Numbered from the stretch's first letter, positions 30,501 through 44,536 are shown. The stretch: 64,000 nt of DNA from Eledone cirrhosa (GCA_964016885.1 OZ024746.1:78864001-78928000); one strand, 5' to 3'. The notes: generated by a model from the sequence alone, not told the origin. A program made the numbers and translations.

Positions 30501-33500
30501 GTTATACAGCCTACAGTAAATATACATATTGACATAGACTACAGACAGTTATACAGTCTACAGTCTATATACATATTGACATAGCCTACAGACAGTTATA
30601 CAGTCTACAGTAAATATATATATTGACATAGCCTACAGACAGTTATACAGTCTACAGTAAATATATATATTGACATAGCCTACAGTCAGTTATACAGTCT
30701 ACAGTCTATATACATATTGACATAGCCTACAGACAGTTATACAGTCTACAGTAAATATATATATTGACATAGCCTACAGACAGTTATACAGTCTACAGTA
30801 AATATATATATTGACATAGCCTACAGTCAGTTATACAGTCTACAGTAAATATACATATTGACATAGACTACAGACAGTTATACAGTCTACAGTAAATATA
30901 CATATTGACATAGCCTACAGACAGTTATACAGTCTACAGTAAATATATATATTGACATAGCCTACAGTCAGTTATACAGTCTACAGTAAATATACATATT
31001 GACATAGACTACAGACAGTTATACAGTCTACAGTAAATATACATATTGACATAGCCTACAGACAGTTATACAGTCTACAGTAAATATATATATTGACATA
31101 GCCTACAGACAGTTATACAGTCTACAGTAAATATATATATTGACATAGCCTACAGTCAGTTATACAGTCTACAGTAAATATACATATTGACATAGACTAC
31201 AGACAGTTATACAGTCTACAGTAAATATACATATTGACATAGACTACAGACAGTTATACAGTCTACAGTAAATATATATATTGACATAGCCTACAGACAG
31301 TTATACAGTCTACAGTAAATATATATATTGACATAGCCTACAGTCAGTTATACAGTCTACAGTAAATATATATATTGACATAGACTACAGACAGTTATAC
31401 AGCCTACAGTAAATATACATATTGACATAGCCTACAGACAGTTATACAGTCTACAGTAAATATATATATTGACATAGACTACAGACAGTTATACAGTCTA
31501 CAGTAAATATATATATTGACATAGACTACAGACAGTTATACAGCCTACAGTAAATATACATATTGACATAGACTACAGACAGTTATACAGTCTACAGTAA
31601 ATATACATATTGACATAGACTACAGACAGTTATACAGCCTACAGTAAATATACATATTGACATAGACTACAGACAGTTATACAGCCTACAGTAAATATAC
31701 ATATTGACATAGCCTACAGACAGTTATACAGTCTACAGTAAATATACATATTGACATAGACTACAGACAGTTATACAGTCTACAGTAAATATACATATTG
31801 ACATAGCCTACAGTCAGTTATACAGTCTACAGTAAATATATATATTGACATAGCCTACAGACAGTTATACAGTCTACAGTAAATATATATATTGACATAG
31901 ACTACAGACAGTTATACAGTCTACAGTAAATATACATATTGACATAGACTACAGACAGTTATACAGTCTACAGTAAATATATATATTGACATAGACTACA
32001 GACAGTTATACAGCCTACAGTAAATATACATATTGACATAGACTACAGACAGTTATACAGTCTACAGTAAATATACATATTGACATAGACTACAGACAGT
32101 TATACAGTCTACAGTAAATATATATATTGACATAGACTACAGACAGTTATACAGCCTACAGTAAATATACATATTGACATAGACTACAGACAGTTATACA
32201 GTCTACAGGAAATATATATATTGACATAGACTACAGACAGTTATACAGTCTACAGTAAATATACACATTGACATAGCCTACAGTCAGTTATACAGTCTAC
32301 AGTAAATATATATATTGACATAGCCTACAGTCAGTTATACAGTCTACAGTAAATATACATATTGACATAGCCTACAGTCAGTTATACAGTCTACAGTAAA
32401 TATACATATTGACATAGACTACAGACAGTTATACAGTCTACAGTAAATATACATATTGACATAGCCTACAGACAGTTATACAGCCTACAGTAAATATACA
32501 TATTGACATAGCCTACAGTCAGTTATACAGTCTACAGTAAATATACATATTGACATAGACTACAGTCAGTTATACAGTCTACAGTAAATATACATATTGA
32601 CATAGACTACAGACAGTTATACAGTCTACAGTAAATATACATATTGACATAGCCTACAGTCAGTTATACAGTCTACAGTAAATATACATATTGACATAGA
32701 CTACAGACAGTTATACAGTCTACAGTAAATATACATATTGACATAGCCTACAGACAGTTATACAGCCTACAGTAAATATACATATTGACATAGACTACAG
32801 ACAGTTATACAGTCTACAGTAAATATACATATTGACATAGACTACAGACAGTTATACAGTCTACAGTAAATATATATATTGACATAGCCTACAGACAGTT
32901 ATACAGCCTACAGTAAATATACATATTGACATAGACTACAGACAGTTATACAGCCTACAGTAAATATACATATTGACATAGCCTACAGACAGTTATACAG
33001 TCTACAGTAAATATACATATTGACATAGACTACAGACAGTTATACAGTCTACAGTAAATATACATATTGACATAGACTACAGTCAGTTATACAGTCTACA
33101 GTAAATATACATATTGACATAGACTACAGACAGTTATACAGTCTACAGTCTATATACATATTGACATAGCCTACAGACAGTTATACAGTCTACAGTAAAT
33201 ATACACATTGACATAGACTACAGTCAGTTATACAGTCTACAGTAAATATACATATTGACATAGACTACAGACAGTTATACAGTCTACAGTCTATATACAT
33301 ATTGACATAGCCTACAGACAGTTATACAGTCTACAGTAAATATATATATTGACATAGACTACAGACAGTTATACAGTCTACAGTAAATATACATATTGAC
33401 ATAGCCTACAGTCAGTTATACAGTCTACAGTCTATATACATATTGACATAGCCTACAGACAGTTATACAGTCTACAGTAAATATACATATTGACATAGAC

Positions 33501-33830
33501 TACAGACAGTTATACAGTCTACAGTCTATATACATATTGACATAGCCTACAGACAGTTATACAGTCTACAGTAAATATATATATTGACATAGACTACAGA
33601 CAGTTATACAGTCTACAGTAAATATACATATTGACATAGCCTACAGTCAGTTATACAGTCTACAGTCTATATACATATTGACATAGACTACAGACAGTTA
33701 TACAGTCTACAGTAAATATACATATTGACATAGACTACAGTCAGTTATACAGTCTACAATCTATATACATATTGACATAGCCTACAGTCAGTTATACAGC
33801 CTACAGTAAATATACATATTTAGATAGTCT
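21536..33830. repeat. 47-bp satellite array, ~260 copies (aatatacatattgacatagactacagacagttatacagtctacagta)
   Basis: 'ttgacatag' recurs every 47 bp (21552, 21599, ...); no indels seen; variation limited to a few positions. Confidence 0.99.
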
Positions 33831-33900
33831 ACAAACAATCTACAGTGTACATACATATTTACATAGTCTATAAATAATTGTACGAACATTTCACAGTCTA

Positions 33901-34269
33901 TCATTTTATCATTTTACGTCCGCTTTTCCCTGCTTGCAAGGGTGGGACGGGAACTGATTCTGGCTTGATTTCTACGGCTGGATGCCCTTCCTAACATCAA
34001 CCTCATTTACAGTGAGTGCTCGGTGCATTTTTTCCGTGGCGCCTACACGTCTACTTTACAGTGTGGGCTGGGTGCTTTTTTGCCGTGGCACCTCCACGAC
34101 CACTTTGCAGTGGAATGATAGGGACCCCAGTCCTATCATCTCATTTCTACAGCTGAGTAAACTGGAGCAATGTGAAATAAAGTGTCTTGCTCAAAGAAAC
34201 AACACATCACCCGGTCTGAGAATTAAACTCACAACCTTTCGATTGCAAGGCCAATGCTCTAACCACTAA
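33901..34269 (-). mobile_element. SINE (family B head at 34140-34269) with RTE-like body (ggttg...ttaggaagggcatccagccgtagaaa on minus)
   Basis: 'ctggagcaatgtgaaataaagtgtcttgctcaa...ctctaaccactaa' is the reverse complement of the head at 2410. Confidence 0.75.
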
Positions 34270-34480
34270 ATATACATATTTAAATAGTCTACAAACAATT
34301 TTCACATTTCACAGTTTATATACATATTTACACAGCCTGCAGACAGTCTAAAGTTTACTAACATTCTACGAACTAACATTCGATAAGCATTCTACAGATT
34401 AGAGTCTGTAGACATTCTGCAAACTTTCCACAAACATTCTGCAGTCTACAAACACTATTCAAATAGCCTACAAACAATTT

Positions 34481-34640
34481 AGGCGGCGAATTGGCAGAGT
34501 CGTTAGAACGTTGGATAGAATGCTTTATGATATTCATTCCGGCTCTCTGCTCTCTGAGGTCAAATCCCACCAAGGACAACTTTGCCTTTCATCATTTCGA
34601 GGTCGGTATAAAGTACCAGTCTAGTACTGGGGGTCGATTC
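34481..34640 (+). mobile_element. Diverged SINE family A-related copy
   Basis: ggcggcgaattggcagagtcgttagaacg...caaatcccaccaaggacaactttgcctttcatc. Confidence 0.75.
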
Positions 34641-35249
34641 TTCCTCTATATCTCTTTTTATTATTTCCTCTCTCTCACTTTCTATCTTTCTCTAGAAGAA
34701 ATCTGCTGTATTCAGGCCTGGAGTGGTATGGGCTCCGCCAGGTTTAAAATACCCGAGAAACACCGTATGTCAATACGGTGCCCCTACAATCCTATCAGGA
34801 GTTACGATGCCATACATACATACAATTTATATTGTCTAGAAATTCTACAAAACTCCTCACAAGTATTCTACAAACATTGCACAATCTACAAAATCTCTTC
34901 AAATACTCTATATACATTTTAGATGCTACAATTACTCTAATAACATTGCACTGTCTACAAACTTTCTTCAAATGGTCTACAAAGATTCTAAAAATAATCG
35001 AGAAAATTTCTGAAATCAATTTACTTACACTCTATAAATATATAAGTAACATCATATATACCACCACAGATACAACCATAGCTTGTCATATAGACAACAC
35101 AATCATTCCTGCACCATCACCAAGATGATTACCACGATAAATAGCGCTGTAGACATAAACGCCGCCCCCCAACTTAGACAACATCAGAGACACCAATGAT
35201 ATACACACGGCCTATAGACATAACTGTAGAAAGCTCTATAGACATCTCC

Positions 35250-36340
35250 AACATGACCACCACTACTACCACCTCCACCGCCACCACCACTACTACTACA
35301 CACCACCACCACCACCACACACCACCACCACCACCACCATCCACCATCACCAACACTACCACCACAACACCACCACCACCACCATCCACACACCACCACC
35401 AACACTACCACCACCACCACCACCACCACCACCATCCACCACCACCACCATCCACCATCACCACTACCACCACCACCACCACTACCGCCACCACCACCGC
35501 CGCCACCACCGCCACCACCACTACCACTGCCCCCACTACCGCCGCCACCACAACCACCACCACCACCACCACCACCGCCACAACCAGCACTCCCTATACC
35601 ACCATCCACCACCACCGCCGCCACCACCGCCACCACCAATACCACCGCCACCGCCACAACCACCACCACAACCAACAACACCACCACCACTACCGCCGCC
35701 ACCACCACCAGCACCACCATACCGCCACCACCACCACCACAACCACCGCCACCACCCAACAACACCAACACCACCACCACTACCGCCGCCACCACCACCA
35801 GCATACCACCGCTCCCTATACCCCCACCCCCACCACCACCACTATTTGTACAAGTCATCATCTTCAATATCATTACAGCCACAACCACATAAAAAAATGA
35901 TTGTATTTTATAAAATACTTTTATCTAATTTTCGTTTTATTGATTTTATTGTTACTGTTGTTGTTTTCCTTCTTCTTATTGTTGTTTTGGCTCTTGTTAT
36001 TGTTGTTGTTGTTGTTGCTGTTATGATTCTTCTTCTTATTATTGTTGTTGTTGTTGGCATTATTGTTATCATCACCATCATCATCATCACCATTATCATC
36101 ATTATTATCAGCGCCACCATCATCATTATCATCAGCATTATTATTATTACCATCATCATCATCATCACCATCACCATCGTCATCGTCATCATTATTATTA
36201 ATATTAATATTATTATTGCTGTTGCTATATTTTCTTCTTCGTCTTGTATTTTATTTTATTTTATTTCATTTTATTTTATTTTATTTCGTTTTATTTTATT
36301 TTATTTCATTTTATCTTATTTTATTTTATTTTATTTTTTG
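35250..36340. repeat. (ACC)n, (GTT)n/(ATC)n and (TTTTA)n low-complexity tracts
   Basis: Direct reading. Confidence 0.95.
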
Positions 36341-36699
36341 GTAGCACTTTGTGAAAATATTCTTTCATTTTGTTTTTATTTGTTATTTTCCCACCGCCAT
36401 TACAATTGAAAATGAAGTATTGCTATTGCAGTTGAAGTCATCCACCATTTTTCAATATCAATTTTGTTGATGTTCTCCACCTAATACATCATGGCTGCCA
36501 AAGAAAAATAGTCCATTGATAATTAAATTTCATCGCGGTTCAGAAGTTGGACTGTTTTATTCATATACATATATTGTTTTTTAGTTTTTAGGTTTTAGTT
36601 TTTAGTTTTTAGTTTTTAGGTTTTTAGTTTTTTTTTGTGGAGGTGGTGGTGGGGGGTATTGGGTACAGCAAAAAAAAATGAAAAAATGAAAGAGAAAGT

Positions 36700-36759
36700 G
36701 ACCGGGAGAGTGAAGAAGAGTGTGAGACAGTGAGACAGTGAGAAAGAGAGAAAGAGAGT

Positions 36760-36797
<38 letters not shown>

Positions 36798-37322
36798 TGG
36801 GGTAACGAGGCAGAAAGAAAGACTGGCACAAAAATAGGAGTAATTATTGGTGAAGGAGGAGATACAAAGAAAAATGAAAGAGAGGGAGAGAGAGAGTGAA
36901 TGAGTGAGAGAGAGAGAAAGAGAGAGAGAGAGAGATGAGAAGACAGAAAAACTGCTAAAGAGAGTTAATAACTTTTACTGAGGAGGAGGTGGTACAGAGA
37001 AAAAGGAAAGATTCATATATAGATGGAGAGAGAGACGGGAGGAAGAAGGGGGAGAGAGGGGAGAAGTACGAAAAGACTGGCAAAGAGAATAAAAGAAGGG
37101 TTAGAGGGAAATAAAGATAGAGAGAGAGAGAGACGAAGGAAAATATAAGAAGGAAGAGAGGAGGGAAAGTGAGACAGAGAGACGGCCATAAAGAGATTTA
37201 AAGAGAGGGGGAGAGAGGGCTGAAAATAGATTTAGATGGAGAGAGGGAGTGAGGTGGAATGGTAGAAAGGGATGAAAAGAGATTTAGGTGAAACAGTGAG
37301 GGAGGGAGAGAGAATGGGTAAT

Positions 37323-37368
<46 letters not shown>

Positions 37369-37715
37369 AAAGGGATTTAGCGGGAAGAGAAAAAGAAGAG
37401 AGAGAAGGAGAGGGAGGTAGAGAGAGGTAGAGAGGTTAAGAAAGTGAAGAAGAGAGAGAGCGAAAGAAAGAGAAGAAAGAGAAAGAGAGGGAGGGAACGA
37501 GAGTGAAGGAAAGAGAGAGGGGGGGGCGAGAGTGAAGGAGAGTGAAAGAGTGAATGAGAAAGAGAGTGAAGGAGAGCGAGAAAGAGAAAGAGAAGGAGAG
37601 AGACAGAGAGTGAATGAGAGAGAGAGACAGAGAGACAGAGAGAGACAGAGAGACAGAGAGTGAATGAGAGAGAGAGAGAGAGAGAGAGCGACAGATAAGA
37701 GAGAGATAGAGAAGA
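36700..37715. repeat. Purine-rich (GA)n low-complexity region
   Basis: Direct reading. Confidence 0.93.
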
Positions 37716-37873
37716 GCTTCAAAAGAGATTTAGCTCAGTTTTTTCTTCCCTGTTAAATTTTGTATGTTTTTTTTTTCTTCTTCTATTTATTTCTACTTCT
37801 TCATCTCTCAGTTATTGATATAACAACAATAGCAACACCAACAACAACATCCATCCTTATTATCACCATTATA

Positions 37874-38537
37874 GGGCGGTGAATGGCAGTATCGGTAGAG
37901 GGTTGGGCACCATGCTTTGTAGCATAGAGTTACGGCCCTTTATAATCTAAGTTCAAATCCCGCCGAGGTTAGCTTTGCCTTTCATCCTTACGGGGTCGAT
38001 AAAATAAAGTACCAGTCACGCACTGGGGTCGATTTAATCGACCCCCCCCCCCCCCCAAAAAAAAAAATTGCTGTGCCTATATAAGAAACCATTATTGTTA
38101 TTGTTGTTGTTGTTATCATTACAATAATTATTATAAATCTTTATGGTAGCATTGGATTGGCAGTATCGGTAGAGGGTCGGACGCCATTCTTTCCAGCATA
38201 GAGTTATGGCCCTTTACGATCTGAGTTCAAATCGCGCCGAGGTTGACTTTGCCTTTCATCCTTACGGGGTCGATAAAATAAAGTACCAGTAATGCACTGG
38301 GTTTTTGCTGGCCTTGTGCCTAAAGTAGAAACAATTATTATTTTTACAAGGGCTGTAAATTGGCAATATCGGTAGAGGGTCGGACACCATGCTTTGACGC
38401 ATAGAGTTACGGCCCTTGCCATTCTGAGTTCAAATCCCGCCGAGGTTGACTTTGCCTTTCATCCTCACGGAGGTCGATAAAGTAAAGTACCAGTAATGCA
38501 CTGGTAATTGCTGGCCTTGTGCCAAAAGTAGAAATCA
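37874..38537 (+). mobile_element. Three tandem SINE family A copies (37874-38095, 38152-38340, 38349-38537)
   Basis: Each has ggcagtatcggtagaggg...gttcaaatc...ctttgcctttcatcc...aaagtaccagt. Confidence 0.92.
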
Positions 38538-38754
38538 TCTTCTTCTTCTTCTTCTTCTTCATATTCTTCTTCATATTCTTCTTCTTCTTCTTACTACCAT
38601 CAATATTGTTATTATTATTACTATCAATATTATTAATATTGTTGGTAGTGATGTATTATTTGCAATTTTCTTTTCTGATCTTCCTCCTGATTACTCCATT
38701 GAGCCGTCGTCCCAGTCATATGACTGCTTGTACTGCTGGCCGTCAGTCAGTCGG

Positions 38755-38756
<2 letters not shown>

Positions 38757-38796
<40 letters not shown>

Positions 38797-38938
38797 CATA
38801 TATACATACATATATACATATATAAATATATATATATATACATACATATATACATACTTATATATAAACATATTTATACATACATATATTCATACATGCA
38901 CACGCATATATAAACGTATATATACACGTGTATATTTA

Positions 38939-39006
<68 letters not shown>

Positions 39007-39134
39007 TATGTATATGTGTCTTTTTCGTCAAATATAGATTACGATACCTACATACTTATCTATCTACCTCTATACATACATGTATATACATATGTCGACA
39101 CATACACACACATATATATAGTATATATATATAC

Positions 39135-39166
<32 letters not shown>

Positions 39167-39176
39167 GTATATTTAT

Positions 39177-39220
<44 letters not shown>

Positions 39221-39224
39221 TTAT

Positions 39225-39281
<57 letters not shown>

Positions 39282-39640
39282 CTTATATATATATATATAC
39301 ATATATACATATATATATATACACATATATGTATATATATATACATATATATATTTATATATATATATATAATTATATATCTGCGTTAATATCTATATAT
39401 GTATGTATGTACGTACGTAAGTGTGTAGATATCCTAATGTATAATTAAGTGAAAAAGACACAAATGTATACCTATGTATGCATATAAGTATAAATATACG
39501 CATATTATACACACTTCAATCATATTGTATGTGTGAGTATGTCTGTCTGTATGTATGTATTTTATATTTATGTACTTGAGGTAAAAAGGACACACATATA
39601 TGCATGTGTATATATATATATATATACACATATGCATGTG

Positions 39641-39705
<65 letters not shown>

Positions 39706-40230
39706 TTATTTACATATATTTATACTTATATATATTTGTGCATGTGTATGAATAAATATATGTGTATGTGTATGTAATGGAATCACATACATACACATAC
39801 ATATGTGTGTAATGGAATCACACACTCACACATACATATATATATATATGTGTGTGTGTGGGTATGTGTGCATATGTATGTGTGTATGTGTGTGTGTGTG
39901 TGATGTCAACATATTTATGTATGTGTCTACAATACATGTATACATACAAGCATCTGCGCACATTTTCATGCAAGCATAGATCTGCATACATACACATACA
40001 TACACACACGCGCGCACACGCACACACACACACACACACACATACACATAAGCACACACAGGCACACACACACACACATACACACACACACACGTCCACA
40101 CACACACACACATACACACAGGCACACATACACACGTACACACACAGGCACACACACACACACACATACAGGCACACACACATACACACACTCACACACA
40201 CACACAATCTATGCACACATATGTGTGTAT
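38757..40230. repeat. (TA)n/(CA)n compound microsatellite field
   Basis: Direct reading. Confidence 0.97.
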
Positions 40231-41027
40231 GAATATGTGTAAGATGAAAGATAAACGAAAAAAATATACCCAACAGATATAGTTACCCAATTTGCCGCCA
40301 TTTTGTATCCTGGCTTGTCATTCGATTTTTCCCGAATCTAACTTTCTTAAATCAACTTTATCACGCTGATACTCCTTCCTACTTCGTTTAATGATACTCT
40401 CTCTCCACCCCTCTCTCTCTCTTTCTCTCTCCCTCTCTACCTCTCTCTCTCCCCCTCTCTCTCTTTCTTTCTCTCTCTCTCTACCTCTCTCTCATTTCCT
40501 CTCTCTCTCTCCACCTCTCTCGCCTTATTCTTGTTGTTATCAGTTTTCATCATCATCATCATCATCATCGTCATTATCATCTTTTTTCTTCTTCTTCTTC
40601 TTCTTCTTCTTCTTCTTCTTCTTCACCACCACCATCATCATCATCACCATCATCATCCTGCCTGTCTCTTACGCTATATCTCTGCCTCTCTTTGTATCGC
40701 TCTCTCTCTCTCTCTCTCCCTCCCTCGCTCCCTCTCAACTCATCTCCTTCCTCCCATCACTATTTCTCTCTGTCCTTTTTCTATGTCCATTATATTCAGT
40801 TACTTTCGCCTCCTGTCTCAGCCCCTTTTCCACATTCCTTCATTACTGGTCTTTCTCTTCGATTTTTTTTTGTATGTCTATCTAATCCACTTTTTTCATA
40901 TACTCCACCTCATCATCGCATTTTCTCTCTTATTCTTTTGTACCTTTATATAATTAACTTTTCTCTGTCCCCACTCTACGTCACACACAATACACTATCA
41001 CAAATACACTATCACAAATACACTTAA

Positions 41028-41213
41028 GGGCGGTGAATTGGCAGTATCGGTAGAGGGTCGGACGCCATGCTTTCCAGCATAGTTACGTTCCTTTACGGTC
41101 TGAGTTCAAATCCCGTCGAGGTCAACTTTGCCTTTCATCCTTACGGGGTCGATAAAATAAAGTACCAGTAATGTACTGGGTAATTGCTGGCCTTGTGCCA
41201 AAAGTAGAAACAA
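41028..41213 (+). mobile_element. SINE family A inside a 14-bp tandem repeat (actatcacaaatac)
   Basis: Full-length copy; the 14-mer repeats on both flanks. Confidence 0.9.
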
Positions 41214-41499
41214 CTATCACAAATACACTATCACAAATACACTATCACCCTTCCATCTCTTATGAAATTTCGCTCATTGTTTCTATCTCACCACATCCAG
41301 TATGTATCTTCTGAACCTTCTACATTTTCATATACATTCATACACACAGGCGGAAACACGTGGATCCCCCCCCCCCCCCGCCACGCACGTACACAGATAT
41401 AAAGTATATATATGTATATATATATACTTTATATATATATATAAAGTATATATATGTTATGGAATACTGTTAGCTTCTCGCTACAACAATTTCTATACT

Positions 41500-41556
<57 letters not shown>

Positions 41557-41589
41557 CATATATATATATCTATATATATATATATGTGT

Positions 41590-41960
<371 letters not shown>

Positions 41961-42013
41961 ATAATAATACTAATAATAAAAATAAAAAAATGTTGCTCTA
42001 CATGGCTGAATAC

Positions 42014-42460
42014 AATAAATGTAATCTGAGTTTTTCGAATATTAATAATTGTTTCTACTTTTGGCACAAGGCCAGAAATTATCCCAGTGTATTACTGGTA
42101 CTTTATTTTATCTACCCCGTAAGGATGAAAGGCAAAGTTAACCTCGGCGGGATTCGATTCGTTTGCAATTATGCAAACAAGCCTCATTTTTAAAGCCAAG
42201 TCAGGCCGATCAGTCACTGTATATTTTAGAAAATAGCATATATCTTCACTAGACTGACACTTGGCAGGTGAACAGTGAGCTGTACTGATGAAGGGTGATA
42301 CCCAGAAACATTAGTGTCAGCAGTTCTGTTTACATGCCAACACAAGAGCAAGAATGAAGGGTTCATTCTACTGACATGGCTATAAAAATGAGGCTAGCTG
42401 GTATAATTGCAAACGAATCTAATGTTAGTATTAATATTCGAAAAACTCAGATTACATTTA
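42014..42460. mobile_element. Inverted-repeat element enclosing a hammerhead, left arm interrupted by a SINE A fragment (42043-42156, minus)
   Basis: taaatgtaatctgagtttttcgaatattaata + gattcgtttgcaattat...cctcattttt..agcca.gtcag versus ctgacatggctataaaaatgagg...ataattgcaaacgaatc...tattaatattcgaaaaactcagattacattta. Confidence 0.8.
42261..42340 (+). ncRNA. Type I hammerhead ribozyme motif
   Basis: CTGATGA(42285)-a-gggt gat accc-a-GAAA(42305)-cattagtg-TC; stem I gagctgt/gcagttc plus distal ttggcaggtgaacag/ctgtttacatgccaa. Confidence 0.75.
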
Positions 42461-42495
42461 TATATATATATATACGTATATATATATATATATAC

Positions 42496-42533
<38 letters not shown>

Positions 42534-42557
42534 GTATATATATATATATATATATAC

Positions 42558-42666
<109 letters not shown>

Positions 42667-42691
42667 TTTATATATATATATATATATACAC

Positions 42692-42833
<142 letters not shown>

Positions 42834-42839
42834 AAAAGG

Positions 42840-42880
42840 TTTAACCCCGACGGCAGAGCTCAAGCCGTTTCGACTGTTAT
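42840..42880 (-). ncRNA. 3' half of a hammerhead (5' half lost in TA tract)
   Basis: Minus strand: cagtc-GAAA-cggc(ttgagctct)gccg-TC-ggggg. Confidence 0.5.
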
Positions 42881-42896
42881 TTCTGGACTAAATTAG

Positions 42897-42957
<61 letters not shown>

Positions 42958-42959
42958 TA

Positions 42960-43095
42960 TCCCGGGTTAAATCAGGGCTAACCACATTAAGTAAGGTACT
43001 CGATACATAGCAGAGTTTAAATATTTGATATAGGGCTTTCTGATGATTTCTCCCGACTAAAACAGTTCTAGTCCTGTGGAAGCCATTTCTATAGT
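42960..43095 (+). mobile_element. Short dispersed element with degenerate hammerhead (family of 15603-15770)
   Basis: ggcttt-CTGATGA(43040)-...-aAAA-cag ttctagtc ctg-TG-gaagcc. Confidence 0.6.
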
Positions 43096-43112
43096 ATATA
43101 TATACATATATA

Positions 43113-43436
43113 TAGATGAATTTGAACCGCGAAACCCAAATACGTTTCGCAAAGGTGGTACGTGAATTGAAAAATAAAGAGAATCGAAATGGAAATGAAA
43201 TAAAAAATGGAAATGAATAAAAAGGACGGCTAATTTGGCCTGGCTGCACACGTGTAGTCAGACCTGCTAAATTTTTGATGTGAAATGTACTAATTTTACT
43301 GGGTTCCTGTTGATAAGCACAGAAGATTTGGAAGTTTTTCACTTTTTATTTCATTTCCATTTCGATTCTCTTTATTTTTTAATTCACGTACCACCTTTGC
43401 GAAACGGATTTGGGTTTCGAGATTCAAATTCATCTA
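43113..43436. repeat. ~100-bp inverted repeat arms (43113-43213 / 43336-43436)
   Basis: tagatgaatttgaa...gtttcgcaaaggtggtacgtgaatt...gagaatcgaaatggaaatgaaataaaaa and its reverse complement. Confidence 0.93.
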
Positions 43437-43623
43437 CGGAACAGGTTTGGATTTTGAAATTTTAATATGTCCAGGAACCATGGCCATTGCCAATATAAGC
43501 TTGTCTTTATTGACTTATATCGAGACAGACAAATTGTATTCACTTTAATTAGTTTATTTCATTAATAGCTAACTTTGTCTGTTGCAATGCAAACACGTTT
43601 TGTGTTTATCATATATTTTAATG

Positions 43624-43709
<86 letters not shown>

Positions 43710-43771
43710 CATTATATATATATATACATATATACACACACACACACATATATATATACACATATATACTT

Positions 43772-43809
<38 letters not shown>

Positions 43810-43864
43810 CTTTATATATATATACGATATTAATAAATGGAAACTATATTTATAAAACCATATT

Positions 43865-43929
43865 TATTTCATTATACATATTTCAGGGATACCAAATTAA
43901 AATATGGTATGCCTTCATCAGACAAAATA
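43865..43929 (-). ncRNA. Type I hammerhead ribozyme motif (intact core)
   Basis: Minus strand: tattttgt-CTGATGA-aggcatacca...tggtatccct-GAAA-tatgta-TA-atgaaata. Confidence 0.8.
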
Positions 43930-44013
43930 CAATATATAAACAGTTTTATAAATAATTTTGACGTACCCTATTATTAGATGCAACCATTATTTTTGGAAGC
44001 TGTCTACATATAT

Positions 44014-44089
<76 letters not shown>

Positions 44090-44536
44090 TATGTATATAT
44101 ATCAACTAGAAATTGATTGACGCATAAATATATCTAAAATAAATATCTGAAACAATCACAGGGGATAATTTGTAAAAGTGTGTAAGCACACATAGTTATG
44201 TAGGTAACTAAATAAAGTTTAACTAGAACTAGAACTTCAAAAATAGATACCGTATAAATTGATTAATCTTCCTTGTATATATTCCATTAAAGAAACATAT
44301 TTCACCAATTAATCGATTGGTAAACGACAGTAGCCAGATTCTGGATTTTCAACAAGGAAGGGGACTAACCATCTGTGTTTACGCATCAAATTCAAACCAG
44401 CGACTGGCCAGTAACACGTGCTGTATTTATTAAAAATACACACATCGTACCAGCTTCGTCCCAGTGGCGTGAATAGGGTTATCGAAAACTAGAAATAGCA
44501 GTCAAGTTCTTTCAACTGAGTTAGCTCTACAATTAA

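Noticed and set aside
21536-33830. CRISPR-like array
   Set aside because: Monomers are contiguous with no unique spacers, there are no cas genes, and the context is eukaryotic.
36575-36632. Interstitial telomeric repeat
   Set aside because: Units are TTTTAG/TTTTTAG variants, not TTAGGG.
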